DNA of 64,000 nucleotides from an uncultured Christensenellaceae bacterium (GCA_944380275.1 CALWHB010000002.1:19576-83575); one strand, 5' to 3'; shown: positions 18,850-28,062, counted from the stretch's first letter. Numbers and translations: made by a program. Notes: generated by a model from the sequence alone, not told the origin.

Positions 18850-20241
18850 ATGATTAAGTACAACAAAGACAAGAACTTGTTGATTGAAAGCAACTGGCGA
18901 CCCTTCCTTCAGGACGTAGAGCAGCCCAACCTTTTCCGCGACCTTTTCGATTACGATACCGTTCCCAAAGTCGCGTTCAACTTCAGACAGACTCCTATGG
19001 ATATGCCTGAAGAAATATGGATTACCGATACCACGTTCCGCGACGGACAGCAGTCCACCTCCCCCTTTACGGTAGAGCAGATAGTCAATATTTACAAACT
19101 TCTGCACAAACTTGGAGGAAAGAAAGGGCTGGTAAGACAAAGCGAGTTTTTCCTGTATTCCGAAAAGGACAGGGCGGCTGTCAGAAAGTGTATGGAACTG
19201 GGTTACGATTTCCCCGAAGTTACCAGCTGGATACGCGCCAACGAAAAGGACTTTGAACTCGTCAAGGAGATGGGCATCAAAGAAACGGGTATTCTCGTAA
19301 GCTGTTCTGACTATCACATCTTCAAGAAGATGAATATGACGCGCAAGCAGGCGGCTGAAAAGTACCTCAACATCGTCAAGATGGCACTTGACAAGGGCAT
19401 AGTTCCCCGTTGCCATTTCGAGGACATCACGAGGGCTGACTTTTACGGATTTGTCGCGCCGTTCGCTTACGAACTGATGAAACTGCGCAAGGAAAGCGGT
19501 GTGGATATTAAGATAAGAGCGTGCGATACGCTCGGATACGGTCTTTCTTATCCCGGCGTAACTCTTCCCCGCAGCGTACCCGGCATAATCAGCGGTCTAA
19601 AATATTATGCGGAAGTACCCAGCGAACTTCTCGAGTGGCACGGACACAACGACTTCTACAAGGTCGTTACCAATGCGACCACCGCATGGCTGTACGGCTG
19701 TTCTTCTGTCAACTGCTCTCTGCTGGGCATAGGAGAGAGAACAGGCAACTGTCCTCTCGAGGCGATGATGATAGAATACGCGTCGCTCAAAGGCACGGAC
19801 GATGGTATAGATTTCAGAGCGATTACAGAAATCGCAAAGTATTTCGAGGACGAACTGGGATACATAATTCCTCCCCAGACGCCGTTTGTAGGCAAGTCCT
19901 TCAACACGACGAGAGCGGGCGTACACGCGGACGGACTGCTCAAGGACGAGGAGATATACAACATATTCAATACCGAAAAACTGCTGGGCAAGCCTCCGCT
20001 CGTATCGGTAGACGCTCACAGCGGCCTTGCGGGCATAGCTTACTGGATGAACGGTTTTTATTCTTTGCCCGAAGGACATAAGGTGGACAAGCGCGACGAC
20101 ATCGTAGTCAAGGTTAAAGAGGTCATCGACAAACAGTATGAGGGCGGCAGAACCACGTATATGGGCGACGACGAACTGGATGCGATAATCACTTTGCTTG
20201 CACCCGAACTGCATAAGAAACTTGTCATAAAGACTTATTGA
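18850..20241 (+). CDS. Re-citrate synthase (DRE-TIM, isopropylmalate-synthase-like family)
   Basis: ITDTTFRDGQQ, EFFLYSEKDR, PRCHFEDITRAD, EWHGHNDF, LGIGERTGN, matching the Clostridium kluyveri Re-CS subfamily as recalled. Confidence 0.85.
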   Translation: MIKYNKDKNLLIESNWRPFLQDVEQPNLFRDLFDYDTVPKVAFNFRQTPMDMPEEIWITDTTFRDGQQSTSPFTVEQIVNIYKLLHKLGGKKGLVRQSEFFLYSEKDRAAVRKCMELGYDFPEVTSWIRANEKDFELVKEMGIKETGILVSCSDYHIFKKMNMTRKQAAEKYLNIVKMALDKGIVPRCHFEDITRADFYGFVAPFAYELMKLRKESGVDIKIRACDTLGYGLSYPGVTLPRSVPGIISGLKYYAEVPSELLEWHGHNDFYKVVTNATTAWLYGCSSVNCSLLGIGERTGNCPLEAMMIEYASLKGTDDGIDFRAITEIAKYFEDELGYIIPPQTPFVGKSFNTTRAGVHADGLLKDEEIYNIFNTEKLLGKPPLVSVDAHSGLAGIAYWMNGFYSLPEGHKVDKRDDIVVKVKEVIDKQYEGGRTTYMGDDELDAIITLLAPELHKKLVIKTY

Positions 20242-20332
20242 CGACGGTTTGGGTATATTTTTCGTAAAAGCTATTGAAATCCGATTTAGTTTAGTCTAAA
20301 ATATAAGTATAAACTTAATCGGAGGGCAAAAC

Positions 20333-20746
20333 ATGGTAAATCTGATTTGCGGAAGCAAAGGCTCCGGCAAGACCAGCCGAATTATCGAAAAGGCGAACGC
20401 GGACGTAAAAACCGCGAAAGGCGACTGCATCTTCATCAACGATACCGACAGGTATATGTACGACGTCGACCGCGGCGTAAGGCTGATTGACGTAACGGAA
20501 TATCCCGTTGCAGGAGAAGAGGCATTGCTCGCGTTCATATGCGGTCTTGCTGCAAGCAGAAACGATTTGACAAACCTTTACATAGACGGTGCGTCGAGAA
20601 TCGCAGGATGCGGACCGGAAAAGATGAAGAAATTTTACGAAGAGCTGGGCAAACTTGCGGATAAACTCTCTTTGTCCGTAACGGTTACAGTCAGCGCGAC
20701 CGCAGAAGAATTACCTGATTTCTTATTGAAATACAAAATTATCTGA
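20333..20746 (+). CDS. Conserved small P-loop-like protein of Clostridia, function unknown
   Basis: N-terminal GSKGSGKT, LYIDG; SD GGAGG; 9 bp upstream of thrC. Confidence 0.8.
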   Translation: MVNLICGSKGSGKTSRIIEKANADVKTAKGDCIFINDTDRYMYDVDRGVRLIDVTEYPVAGEEALLAFICGLAASRNDLTNLYIDGASRIAGCGPEKMKKFYEELGKLADKLSLSVTVTVSATAEELPDFLLKYKII

Positions 20747-20755
20747 GGAAATAAA

Positions 20756-22252
20756 ATGAATTATATCAGCACTCGCAATAAGAGCGAGAAGTGTAGCGGC
20801 GCAGAGGCGATTGTCAACGGACTCGCGCCCGACGGAGGACTTTATGTCCCCGAAAGCCTGCCGAGGCTAACCAAAGAAGATTTTATAAATCTGGCGAAAG
20901 AGGACTATCCGTCGAGAGCGGCGCGCGTCCTCTCGCTTTTGCTGAGCGACTATACTTACGAAGAATTGTTGGATTACACGACAAAGGCATATTCCCGTTT
21001 TTACGGCGACGACCCGTGTCCTTTGGTCAATATAGACGAAGGCGTTTATGTGCTTGAACTGTGGCACGGTCCCACCTGCGCGTTTAAAGATATGGCTCTG
21101 ACCATGCTGCCGCACCTTCTCAGCGCGGCACGCAAAAAGGTTGGCGAAAAGGACAAGACCCTTATTATGGTAGCGACTTCGGGCGATACGGGCAAAGCCG
21201 CGCTTGAAGGATTCAAAGACGTTGAAGGTACAAACATCATCGTGTTCTATCCGTCAAAGGGCGTATCCGATATGCAGAAACTGCAGATGAAGACTCAGAC
21301 GGGCGACAACGTATGCGTATGCGCTATTGAGGGCAACTTCGACGATACTCAGAACGCAGTCAAGAACATCTTTGCGGATAAGAAGATTAACGAAGAAATT
21401 CATGCCGGAGGGTTCAAACTCTCTTCTGCAAACTCTATCAACTGGGGCAGACTCGCTCCTCAGATAGCGTATTATGTTTCTGCGTATTGCGACCTTCTTG
21501 ACGAAGGCAGGATAGAGTACGGCGACAAAGTCAATTTCTGCGTTCCCAGCGGCAACTTCGGCAACATACTCGCGGCATATTATGCTATGAAAATGGGCGT
21601 GGGCGTAAACAGACTTATCTGCGCGTCCAACGTCAACCACGTGCTGACAGACTTTTTCAGAACGGGAGTTTACGACATAAACAGAGATTTCCACAAGACG
21701 ATTTCTCCTTCTATGGATATTCTCATTTCTTCAAATCTGGAGAGATTGCTGTTTGAAATAAGCGGCAGGGACGACAAGCTTACGGCAGAGCGCATGAAGG
21801 CTTTGAAGACAGAGGGCAAATACAGCGTTTCGGCAAAAGAATTAGAGGCGTTGCAGTCGCTGTTCTCCGTGGGATATGCCGACGACGAAGAAACCAAAGA
21901 AACCATAGCTTATTCTATGGACGAGTACGGTTATCTGATGGATACGCATACCGCGGTGGCTTACGGCGTCTACTGCGATTATGTTGACGAGAGCGCGGAC
22001 GAAACCCCGACGGTAGTCGTTTCTACCGCCAACGCGTACAAGTTCCCCGCAGACGTATACGAGGCTGTTAGCGGCAACAGAGTGGACGACGCGTTCGAGG
22101 CGACTGAAAAGCTCTGCGAAGAAACGGGAGAAGAAGTTCCCGAACCTCTCAAAGGACTCAAAGAGCGTCCCGTACGATTCGAAGAGGTAATCGACAGGAG
22201 CAGAATCGCAGACAAAGTAGTGGAGTATTGCAGACAGGCGTCTAACAGATAA
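20756..22252 (+). CDS. thrC: Threonine synthase
   Basis: LELWHGPTCAFKD, ATSGDTGKA, SANSINWGR, VPSGNFGN. Confidence 0.96.
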   Translation: MNYISTRNKSEKCSGAEAIVNGLAPDGGLYVPESLPRLTKEDFINLAKEDYPSRAARVLSLLLSDYTYEELLDYTTKAYSRFYGDDPCPLVNIDEGVYVLELWHGPTCAFKDMALTMLPHLLSAARKKVGEKDKTLIMVATSGDTGKAALEGFKDVEGTNIIVFYPSKGVSDMQKLQMKTQTGDNVCVCAIEGNFDDTQNAVKNIFADKKINEEIHAGGFKLSSANSINWGRLAPQIAYYVSAYCDLLDEGRIEYGDKVNFCVPSGNFGNILAAYYAMKMGVGVNRLICASNVNHVLTDFFRTGVYDINRDFHKTISPSMDILISSNLERLLFEISGRDDKLTAERMKALKTEGKYSVSAKELEALQSLFSVGYADDEETKETIAYSMDEYGYLMDTHTAVAYGVYCDYVDESADETPTVVVSTANAYKFPADVYEAVSGNRVDDAFEATEKLCEETGEEVPEPLKGLKERPVRFEEVIDRSRIADKVVEYCRQASNR

Positions 22253-22315
22253 TCCGCGCTTTAAAGTAAACAAACGCAATCCGCGCGTTTTTAAAATACT
22301 GCAGATAAATTGCAT

Positions 22316-22352
22316 AAAAATACGACCCCTTTAAAACGGGGTCGTATTTTTT
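22316..22352. terminator. Bidirectional intrinsic terminator (thrC / fprA)
   Basis: AAAAATACGACCCC-loop-GGGGTCGTATTTTTT. Confidence 0.88.
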
Positions 22353-22414
22353 GTTGTGGTGATTTATAAAAAGATTAAGTCGAAAGATAACAGCGCAATC
22401 TAATCCGGCAGAGA

Positions 22415-23614
22415 TTACTTGAGCGCGCCGGCAAGCTGTCTGCCGTATTCTTTTGCGGATTCTATGTCAGCCGCCGTGGGTACGAAACAGACTTTGAGCC
22501 CTTCGCCGACCACAGCCATTTTAAGTCCTGAAACTCTCGCTATAACATTGGGGACAGCCTCGCCGCTCCAGCCGTAAGAACCGAAGACAGCGACCGGCTT
22601 TTTGCGGCTGTTTATCGCGTCCACGCCGGCGAGCAAATCCCATACGGGCGGAACTGCGTCAGAATTGAGGGTGGGAGAGCCTATCGCGCACGCGTCGCAA
22701 GAATTGATTTTTGCGCGCATTTCAGACATATCGTTCTCGATGAGGTTGTAAGTTTCGCAAGCCGCGTCGGGGATTACTTCCTTTACGCCTTCGGCGATAG
22801 CCTCAGCGAGTTTTGCCGTGCAGCCGTATGCAGAGCAGTAGAACACTGGGATTGTCTTTACCGCGTTCTTGACAGGCTTGCTCCAGTTTTTGTAGCAGTC
22901 GAGTACGTACGGCAGCAGTCCGTTCTTTGTCAGTACGGGACCGTGGCTGGGGCATACGGTTTCAAACGGATATTTTGCAATCTTTGCGGTGCCGGCGATT
23001 ACGAAGGGCTTGAAAGGACCGAAAATGGCGTCGTAATAACCCTTGAAAGCCTCTTTGTATCCGTCGACGTTTTCCACATCCTTGTCAAAGACCTTCTCGC
23101 TGCTGTAATGAGAACCGAATACGTCGCAGCTGAAAAGCACCTTTTCTTCAGCGCAGTACGTGAACATACTGTCAGGCCAGTGCAGCAGCGGTGCGACGGT
23201 AAACGTAAGCGTTACGCCGCCAAGGTCGAGAACTTCGCCGTCCTTTACGGGGCGGGATTTAAAGGGTTCGTTTACGATGTTTTTCAGGTAGTTGAGCGCG
23301 ACCGCCGTTGCGAGAACGGTAGCGTCTGGACACAGCCTGAGCAGGTCTGCGAGTGCGCCTGAGTGGTCGGGCTCTGTATGATTCAGCACGATGTATTTTA
23401 TTTTTGCAGGGTCGGCAACTTCGCGTATGTTCGCCTCGTATTCGCCCTTGAAATCAGCGTGCGATGCCTCAATCAGAGCAACGTCGTCGCCTTTTACGAT
23501 ATAAGAGTTATAGCTGGTACCGTATTTTGTTTCCATCACTATATCGAAAACTCTGAGGTCGGGATTCTGCACTCCGACGCTGTAAATTTTGTCAGTAATT
23601 CTGTTTGCTGCCAT
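22415..23614 (-). CDS. fprA: Class A flavodiiron protein (O2/NO reductase)
   Basis: Diiron ligands NHTEPDH, HWPD, CDVFG, PSHG; flavodoxin domain SAYGCT, GSPT, FGSYGWSGE; start MAANR at 23614 with SD GGAGGAG. Confidence 0.93.
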   Translation of the reverse strand: MAANRITDKIYSVGVQNPDLRVFDIVMETKYGTSYNSYIVKGDDVALIEASHADFKGEYEANIREVADPAKIKYIVLNHTEPDHSGALADLLRLCPDATVLATAVALNYLKNIVNEPFKSRPVKDGEVLDLGGVTLTFTVAPLLHWPDSMFTYCAEEKVLFSCDVFGSHYSSEKVFDKDVENVDGYKEAFKGYYDAIFGPFKPFVIAGTAKIAKYPFETVCPSHGPVLTKNGLLPYVLDCYKNWSKPVKNAVKTIPVFYCSAYGCTAKLAEAIAEGVKEVIPDAACETYNLIENDMSEMRAKINSCDACAIGSPTLNSDAVPPVWDLLAGVDAINSRKKPVAVFGSYGWSGEAVPNVIARVSGLKMAVVGEGLKVCFVPTAADIESAKEYGRQLAGALK

Positions 23615-23654
23615 ATTGAAATCTCCTCCGTAAATTGCAGAATATTGTAGATTG

Positions 23655-23921
23655 TTAAATTCCGTGTTTAACTCTGTCCCTTTCTTCGGCGCGTTTAGCA
23701 TTGTTGAAACGGTCGAGGGTACCAACAAGATAACCCGTTATGCGGCGTATCCTTTCAAAAGGTACGTTTTCAAAAGTATATTTGAGGTCGACGTAGTCGC
23801 CGTCTACAGTAACGTCCATCTGAGAAATGTTTTTATCGGGGTATTTCTTTTTACCGTAATCGATATAAGCGTCGATTTCTTTCTGTTCAAGCTGACCGCC
23901 GTTTACGTTTACTTTTATCAT
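23655..23921 (-). CDS. Stand-alone NrdD-type glycyl-radical domain protein (88 aa)
   Basis: SD GGAGG 8 nt before ATG 23921; C-terminus VPFERIRRITGYLVGTLDRFNNAKRAEERDRVKHGI matches the class III RNR C-terminus; no Cys, no catalytic barrel. Confidence 0.85.
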   Translation of the reverse strand: MIKVNVNGGQLEQKEIDAYIDYGKKKYPDKNISQMDVTVDGDYVDLKYTFENVPFERIRRITGYLVGTLDRFNNAKRAEERDRVKHGI

Positions 23922-23975
23922 AATTTTATCCTCCGGCAAATATTTTTAAAATTCGCTTTACTTTTTATCGCATAT

Positions 23976-23984
23976 AATATAACA
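23976..23984 (-). promoter_or_regulatory. Extended -10 element of the mini-nrdD/fprA promoter
   Basis: Minus strand TGtTATATT with no good -35, consistent with activator dependence. Confidence 0.5.
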
Positions 23985-24002
23985 TATTTTCAGAAGAAAT
24001 AT

Positions 24003-24020
24003 ATGTTGCAAATGCAACAT
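24003..24020. promoter_or_regulatory. Perfect palindrome, likely operator of the adjacent Crp/Fnr regulator
   Basis: ATGTTGCA-AA-TGCAACAT between divergent genes. Confidence 0.75.
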
Positions 24021-24033
24021 TTTGAGGAAAATT

Positions 24034-24681
24034 ATGGATATTTTTAAAATAAATCTTTTTGACGGGATAAGCGGCGAGGACGTAGAGAGGATGATAGTAT
24101 GTTTCGGCGCGGTTTTCAGAAGTTTCAAGACAGGTGCGACTATATACGACTATCCGGGCAGCGGCGACGACGTTGGAGTAATGCTTGAAGGTAAGGCGTC
24201 GATGATACGTACGGACGAAGACGGAGAGGTCGCGGTTATGGAACTTTATTCAGAGGGCGACATATTCGGAGAGGTGCTTGCTTTTGCCAACGAAACGGGC
24301 GACAGCGTCAAAGTTATTGCAGAGAGCGATTGCAACGTTATGTTCATCAAGTATTCGCAGATAACAAAACGCTGTGAAAGAGCATGCGAGCATCACAGCA
24401 GGCTTGTAGGGAATATGTTCGGGCTGATAGCGAGAAAGACGCTTTTGCTGAGCAGAAGAATAGAGATATTGTCAAAAAAGACCACAAGAGAAAAGCTGAT
24501 GTATTATTTTCAGACGCTTTCAAAGGATTACGGCGCGGAGTTTGAACTGCCTATGTCGGTAACACGACTTGCTGAATACGTATGCGCTGACAGGAGCGCG
24601 ATGACGAGAGAACTGTCGCGTATGCAGTCGGACGGACTCATTGAGATAAACAAGAGAAGAGTAAAGCTCAAAAAGGCATAA
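24034..24681 (+). CDS. Crp/Fnr family transcriptional regulator
   Basis: cNMP-binding fold (GDIFGE), CERACEHH motif, C-terminal HTH LAEYVCADRSAMTRELSRM; SD GAGGA, ATG 24034. Confidence 0.92.
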   Translation: MDIFKINLFDGISGEDVERMIVCFGAVFRSFKTGATIYDYPGSGDDVGVMLEGKASMIRTDEDGEVAVMELYSEGDIFGEVLAFANETGDSVKVIAESDCNVMFIKYSQITKRCERACEHHSRLVGNMFGLIARKTLLLSRRIEILSKKTTREKLMYYFQTLSKDYGAEFELPMSVTRLAEYVCADRSAMTRELSRMQSDGLIEINKRRVKLKKA

Positions 24682-24825
24682 AAATTTTTGCAGCGCATTA
24701 ACTTTACAGGTTGATTGCGATAGACCGTAAGGGACAAACGTGATTTTGAGAAGACAGTTTTATTTTTTCAATTTGAAGACATGTTTTTGAAAATACGGCA
24801 AAATCTGAGGAATATCGAATAATTT

Positions 24826-24864
24826 AATCAAAAAAGACGCGCCCTGACACGCGTCTTTTTGATT
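24826..24864. terminator. Bidirectional intrinsic terminator
   Basis: AATCAAAAAAGACGCG-loop-CGCGTCTTTTTGATT. Confidence 0.8.
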
Positions 24865-24941
24865 TGATATTTGATTGCCTGAATTTTATCTGACTTTCCG
24901 CTCTTTATGCCTTTATGCGGTAAAATTTTGAAAACGGATTG

Positions 24942-26267
24942 TCAGACTGCTGAAAAGCTGTCTTTTTCAGCCGTAACGCTCACGCTCATTGCCTCGCCGT
25001 TTCTGGTGAAGTTTATAGTGATTGTATCTCCCTCTTTTGCCTTGAGCAGGTATTCGCGCGCTCTGAAAGAAGTATCCACCTTGACGCCTTCTTCGCCGTT
25101 TATTGAAACTGATACCAGAACGTCGCCTTGTTGCAACAAGCCTTCGACAGCCGCTCCCGTGCTTATTTCGCCTACCGCATACGTGTATACGGTACGTATA
25201 ATGCCGTCGGAATCAATGTAAGTCGTCATATCTGAGAGTTCCATAGTGATGCCAAGGCTGAAACGCTGACCGTTGTTTTCGATTATATTGTCAGCAACCG
25301 CTACCGCAAGACTTGCAGGGATTGCGTAACAGATGTTGTCGTCAGTCGTATCTGCTGATTTTGCGTCGGAAATGCCCATAAGTTCGCCGTATTCGTTGAA
25401 CATACCGCCGCCGGAGTTACCGCTGTTGAGAGCGGCGTCCGTGCGGTAAACGCGTACGTTGGACGAGGAGTCGGTAGTGATGTATTCAGACTCGACAGAA
25501 ACTATGCCAGACGTTACCGAGAAGGTGTAAAGCGTGGGGCAGCCTACCGCAAAAGTCGCCTGACCTGCGACGGGGTCTGAAGTATTTACTTTTACGGTTG
25601 CGACCGTGTCTTCGAGGAAGAAATCCGAAGAGGCTTTTATTACCGCAATATCGTTGCTTTCCGACGCGCCCACGACGGTTGCGCTAATCATATCGTCTTC
25701 CATAACCCTGTTGTAAAGATAAATTTTTATATTGCTGCAATATTCGCTCTTGTAGGTGTCGTATATCACGTGATAATTTGTTATTATATATGCGGTATTT
25801 CCGCTGAGCTTATAAATTACGCCTGAACCCGACCACGCATGCTGACTCTGACCGAAGGGGGTAGTGTAAGGACTTGTGCATATAATACCGACCGCGCTTT
25901 TCAGGGCTTGCTGTACGGTTGAGGTTATGCTTGGGGTAACGTCAAGACCGAGCGACGCGTAAAAGTCTGCCTCTGTAGCTCCCGGATTGCTTTCGAGATA
26001 TTTAGCAATAAGTTCGTCGAGAGAGAAAGCGTCTTTTCCGTCAGTACCGTTAGTTCCGTCGACGCCGTCTTTGCCGTTGGTGCCGTCTGAACCTTTAAGG
26101 CTTTCGAGCCACTCGCTTTCCGTACCTTCAAAGCCGTTTCTGACAGCGATTTCATAAGCCGACTCGCCCTTTGTTTCAGAACCTATGCAAGAGCATAGCA
26201 AAACCGCGGTAAACACGGTTATAACAATTGCCACAATCGCGGTGAGGATGATTTTTTTTGATTTCAT
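24942..26267 (-). CDS. HtrA/DegP-like S1C serine protease lipoprotein with a collagen-like linker and PDZ-like C-terminus
   Basis: Lipobox LCS-C; GSGVI, TNYHV, DIAV, DAALNSGNSGG triad motifs; GxDGxNG repeats. Confidence 0.88.
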   Translation of the reverse strand: MKSKKIILTAIVAIVITVFTAVLLCSCIGSETKGESAYEIAVRNGFEGTESEWLESLKGSDGTNGKDGVDGTNGTDGKDAFSLDELIAKYLESNPGATEADFYASLGLDVTPSITSTVQQALKSAVGIICTSPYTTPFGQSQHAWSGSGVIYKLSGNTAYIITNYHVIYDTYKSEYCSNIKIYLYNRVMEDDMISATVVGASESNDIAVIKASSDFFLEDTVATVKVNTSDPVAGQATFAVGCPTLYTFSVTSGIVSVESEYITTDSSSNVRVYRTDAALNSGNSGGGMFNEYGELMGISDAKSADTTDDNICYAIPASLAVAVADNIIENNGQRFSLGITMELSDMTTYIDSDGIIRTVYTYAVGEISTGAAVEGLLQQGDVLVSVSINGEEGVKVDTSFRAREYLLKAKEGDTITINFTRNGEAMSVSVTAEKDSFSAV

Positions 26268-26580
26268 ATACGCCTCCGTTATTTTTCGTAAAAAGTATAT
26301 GTCTTATCTATGAAACGAATCTTAAAAATCGCAATAATTTTAGCATAATAATACACGGTTTAGCAATAAAACGTGTGTCAGACGGCTTAATTTTTCGTGT
26401 TTCAGAATTTATAGTTATATTATTATTGACATAATGTATATTTATGTATTATGATTTATAATATACCGATTAAAGAATATAATAAAACCGGATTTTCCCG
26501 GTTTTTAGGTGAGGGCTTTGAGCTGCATTGCAGGTGATTAAGCCGCTGAAAATGTGAAGAAAGGGAGCGGATATAGTTAT

Positions 26581-27756
26581 ATGATAGAGTTTGACAACGT
26601 GAAGATATTTACAGACAGAATTGAAGAATCCGCTCTTGCTCAGTTGCACACCCTTTGCGACAGCGGCATTTTTGACGGTCAGCCCATAAGGATTATGCCC
26701 GACGTGCATACGGGTGCAGGTTGTGTCATAGGTTTTACAGTTCCTCTCAAAGATAAAGTCGTCCCCAACCTTGTAGGAGTAGATATATCCTGCGGCATGC
26801 TGTGCGTTCCTGTCGGGAAGAGGAAGGTGGATTTTTCCGCCGTGGACGAGGTGATAAAAAGACGCATACCGTCCGGCAGAGATACCGGCGCGTATTCTGA
26901 AGAGGCGAGAGATATTTTTCAAAACCTGCGTTGTCGTGATTTTATCGGAAATAAGGAAAGAATAGAGATGTCGATAGGCACTCTGGGCGGAGGAAATCAC
27001 TTTATTGAAATAGATACCGATGAGGACGGATTTTATTATCTTGTAGTCCACAGCGGGTCGCGTAATCTGGGAGTGCAGGTAGCTGAATATTATCAGAAAA
27101 GAGCGTGCGCGGAGCGTAAGAAAAAGGCGGCTGAAAGACTTGTATCGCAGTACAGGGCAGCGGGCAGAGAAAGGGAAATAAACGCCGCGATAGCGCAGCT
27201 TGCGAAAAACGACAGATTGCCTAAAGAACTCAATTATCTTGAGGACGAATCCATGCAGGATTATCTTTTCGACTCTGCTTTATGCGGAAAATACGCGGAC
27301 CTGAACAGAAAGAAGATGGCGGAAATCATAATTGAGGAGTGTTTTCCCGGTGTAAGAATAGAGGACGGTTTCACAACTCTTCACAATTGTATAGGAGAGG
27401 ACGGGTATATAAGGAAAGGCGCGATAAGCGCGAAAAAAGGACAAAGAGTGCTGATACCTCTCAATATGCGCGACGGATGCATTATGGGCACGGGTAAAGG
27501 AAATGCAGACTGGAACTTTTCTGCTCCTCACGGCGCAGGCAGAATTATGTCGCGCGCGGCGGCGAAAGAGAATATAAAGCTTGACGAATACATAGCGTCG
27601 ATGAAAGGAGTGTATTCTTCAACGGTGACAGAAGATACAATCGACGAATCGCCTTTTGCATACAAACCGTCGGACGAGATTACAAAACTGATAAAAGATA
27701 CCGTAGATATTGAAAAAAGAATATACAGCGTATACAATTTCAAGGCGGCAGAATAA
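26581..27756 (+). CDS. rtcB: RtcB family RNA ligase
   Basis: MPDVHTG, GVDISCG, GTLGGGNHFIE, HSGSR, HN, RKGA, HGAGR. Confidence 0.93.
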   Translation: MIEFDNVKIFTDRIEESALAQLHTLCDSGIFDGQPIRIMPDVHTGAGCVIGFTVPLKDKVVPNLVGVDISCGMLCVPVGKRKVDFSAVDEVIKRRIPSGRDTGAYSEEARDIFQNLRCRDFIGNKERIEMSIGTLGGGNHFIEIDTDEDGFYYLVVHSGSRNLGVQVAEYYQKRACAERKKKAAERLVSQYRAAGREREINAAIAQLAKNDRLPKELNYLEDESMQDYLFDSALCGKYADLNRKKMAEIIIEECFPGVRIEDGFTTLHNCIGEDGYIRKGAISAKKGQRVLIPLNMRDGCIMGTGKGNADWNFSAPHGAGRIMSRAAAKENIKLDEYIASMKGVYSSTVTEDTIDESPFAYKPSDEITKLIKDTVDIEKRIYSVYNFKAAE

Positions 27757-27957
27757 TAACTTTCAGGAGAAACAGAGCTGATTTTGCAGAGAAGGAAAGG
27801 CTGAGAAGTTTTCTGCGAAAATGTGAATTATGCCGAAAAACGGACAAAATGCGGGAGTGACTGTGCAGATTTATACTAAGAAACGTGCCGTATTTGTCGT
27901 CGCAAAAGCGCGCGTCTGACATTTGAGCGCGGCTTGCAAAAAAGAGGTTTTTTTTAA

Positions 27958-27986
27958 TTGCCAAATATCGCAATGTTTGATATAAT
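27958..27986 (+). promoter_or_regulatory. sigmaA promoter of PEPCK
   Basis: TTGCCA-17-TATAAT with TG extension. Confidence 0.7.
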
Positions 27987-28062
27987 ATTAACAATTGCGA
28001 AGTGCAGTCAAACGCGCTTTGCAAATCAATATTTGAAATATATTTTATAAGGAGAATCATAT

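Noticed and set aside
18850-20241. Annotation as leuA
   Set aside because: The motifs fit the Re-citrate synthase subfamily, there is no LeuA regulatory domain and no leu genes are nearby.
23655-23921. Mini-NrdD as a pseudogene fragment or as classical GrcA
   Set aside because: It has its own SD and start, a non-NrdD N-terminus and no upstream nrdD remnant. The loop and tail are NrdD-type, not PFL/GrcA-type (RVSGY). A split-gene explanation cannot be excluded from this window.
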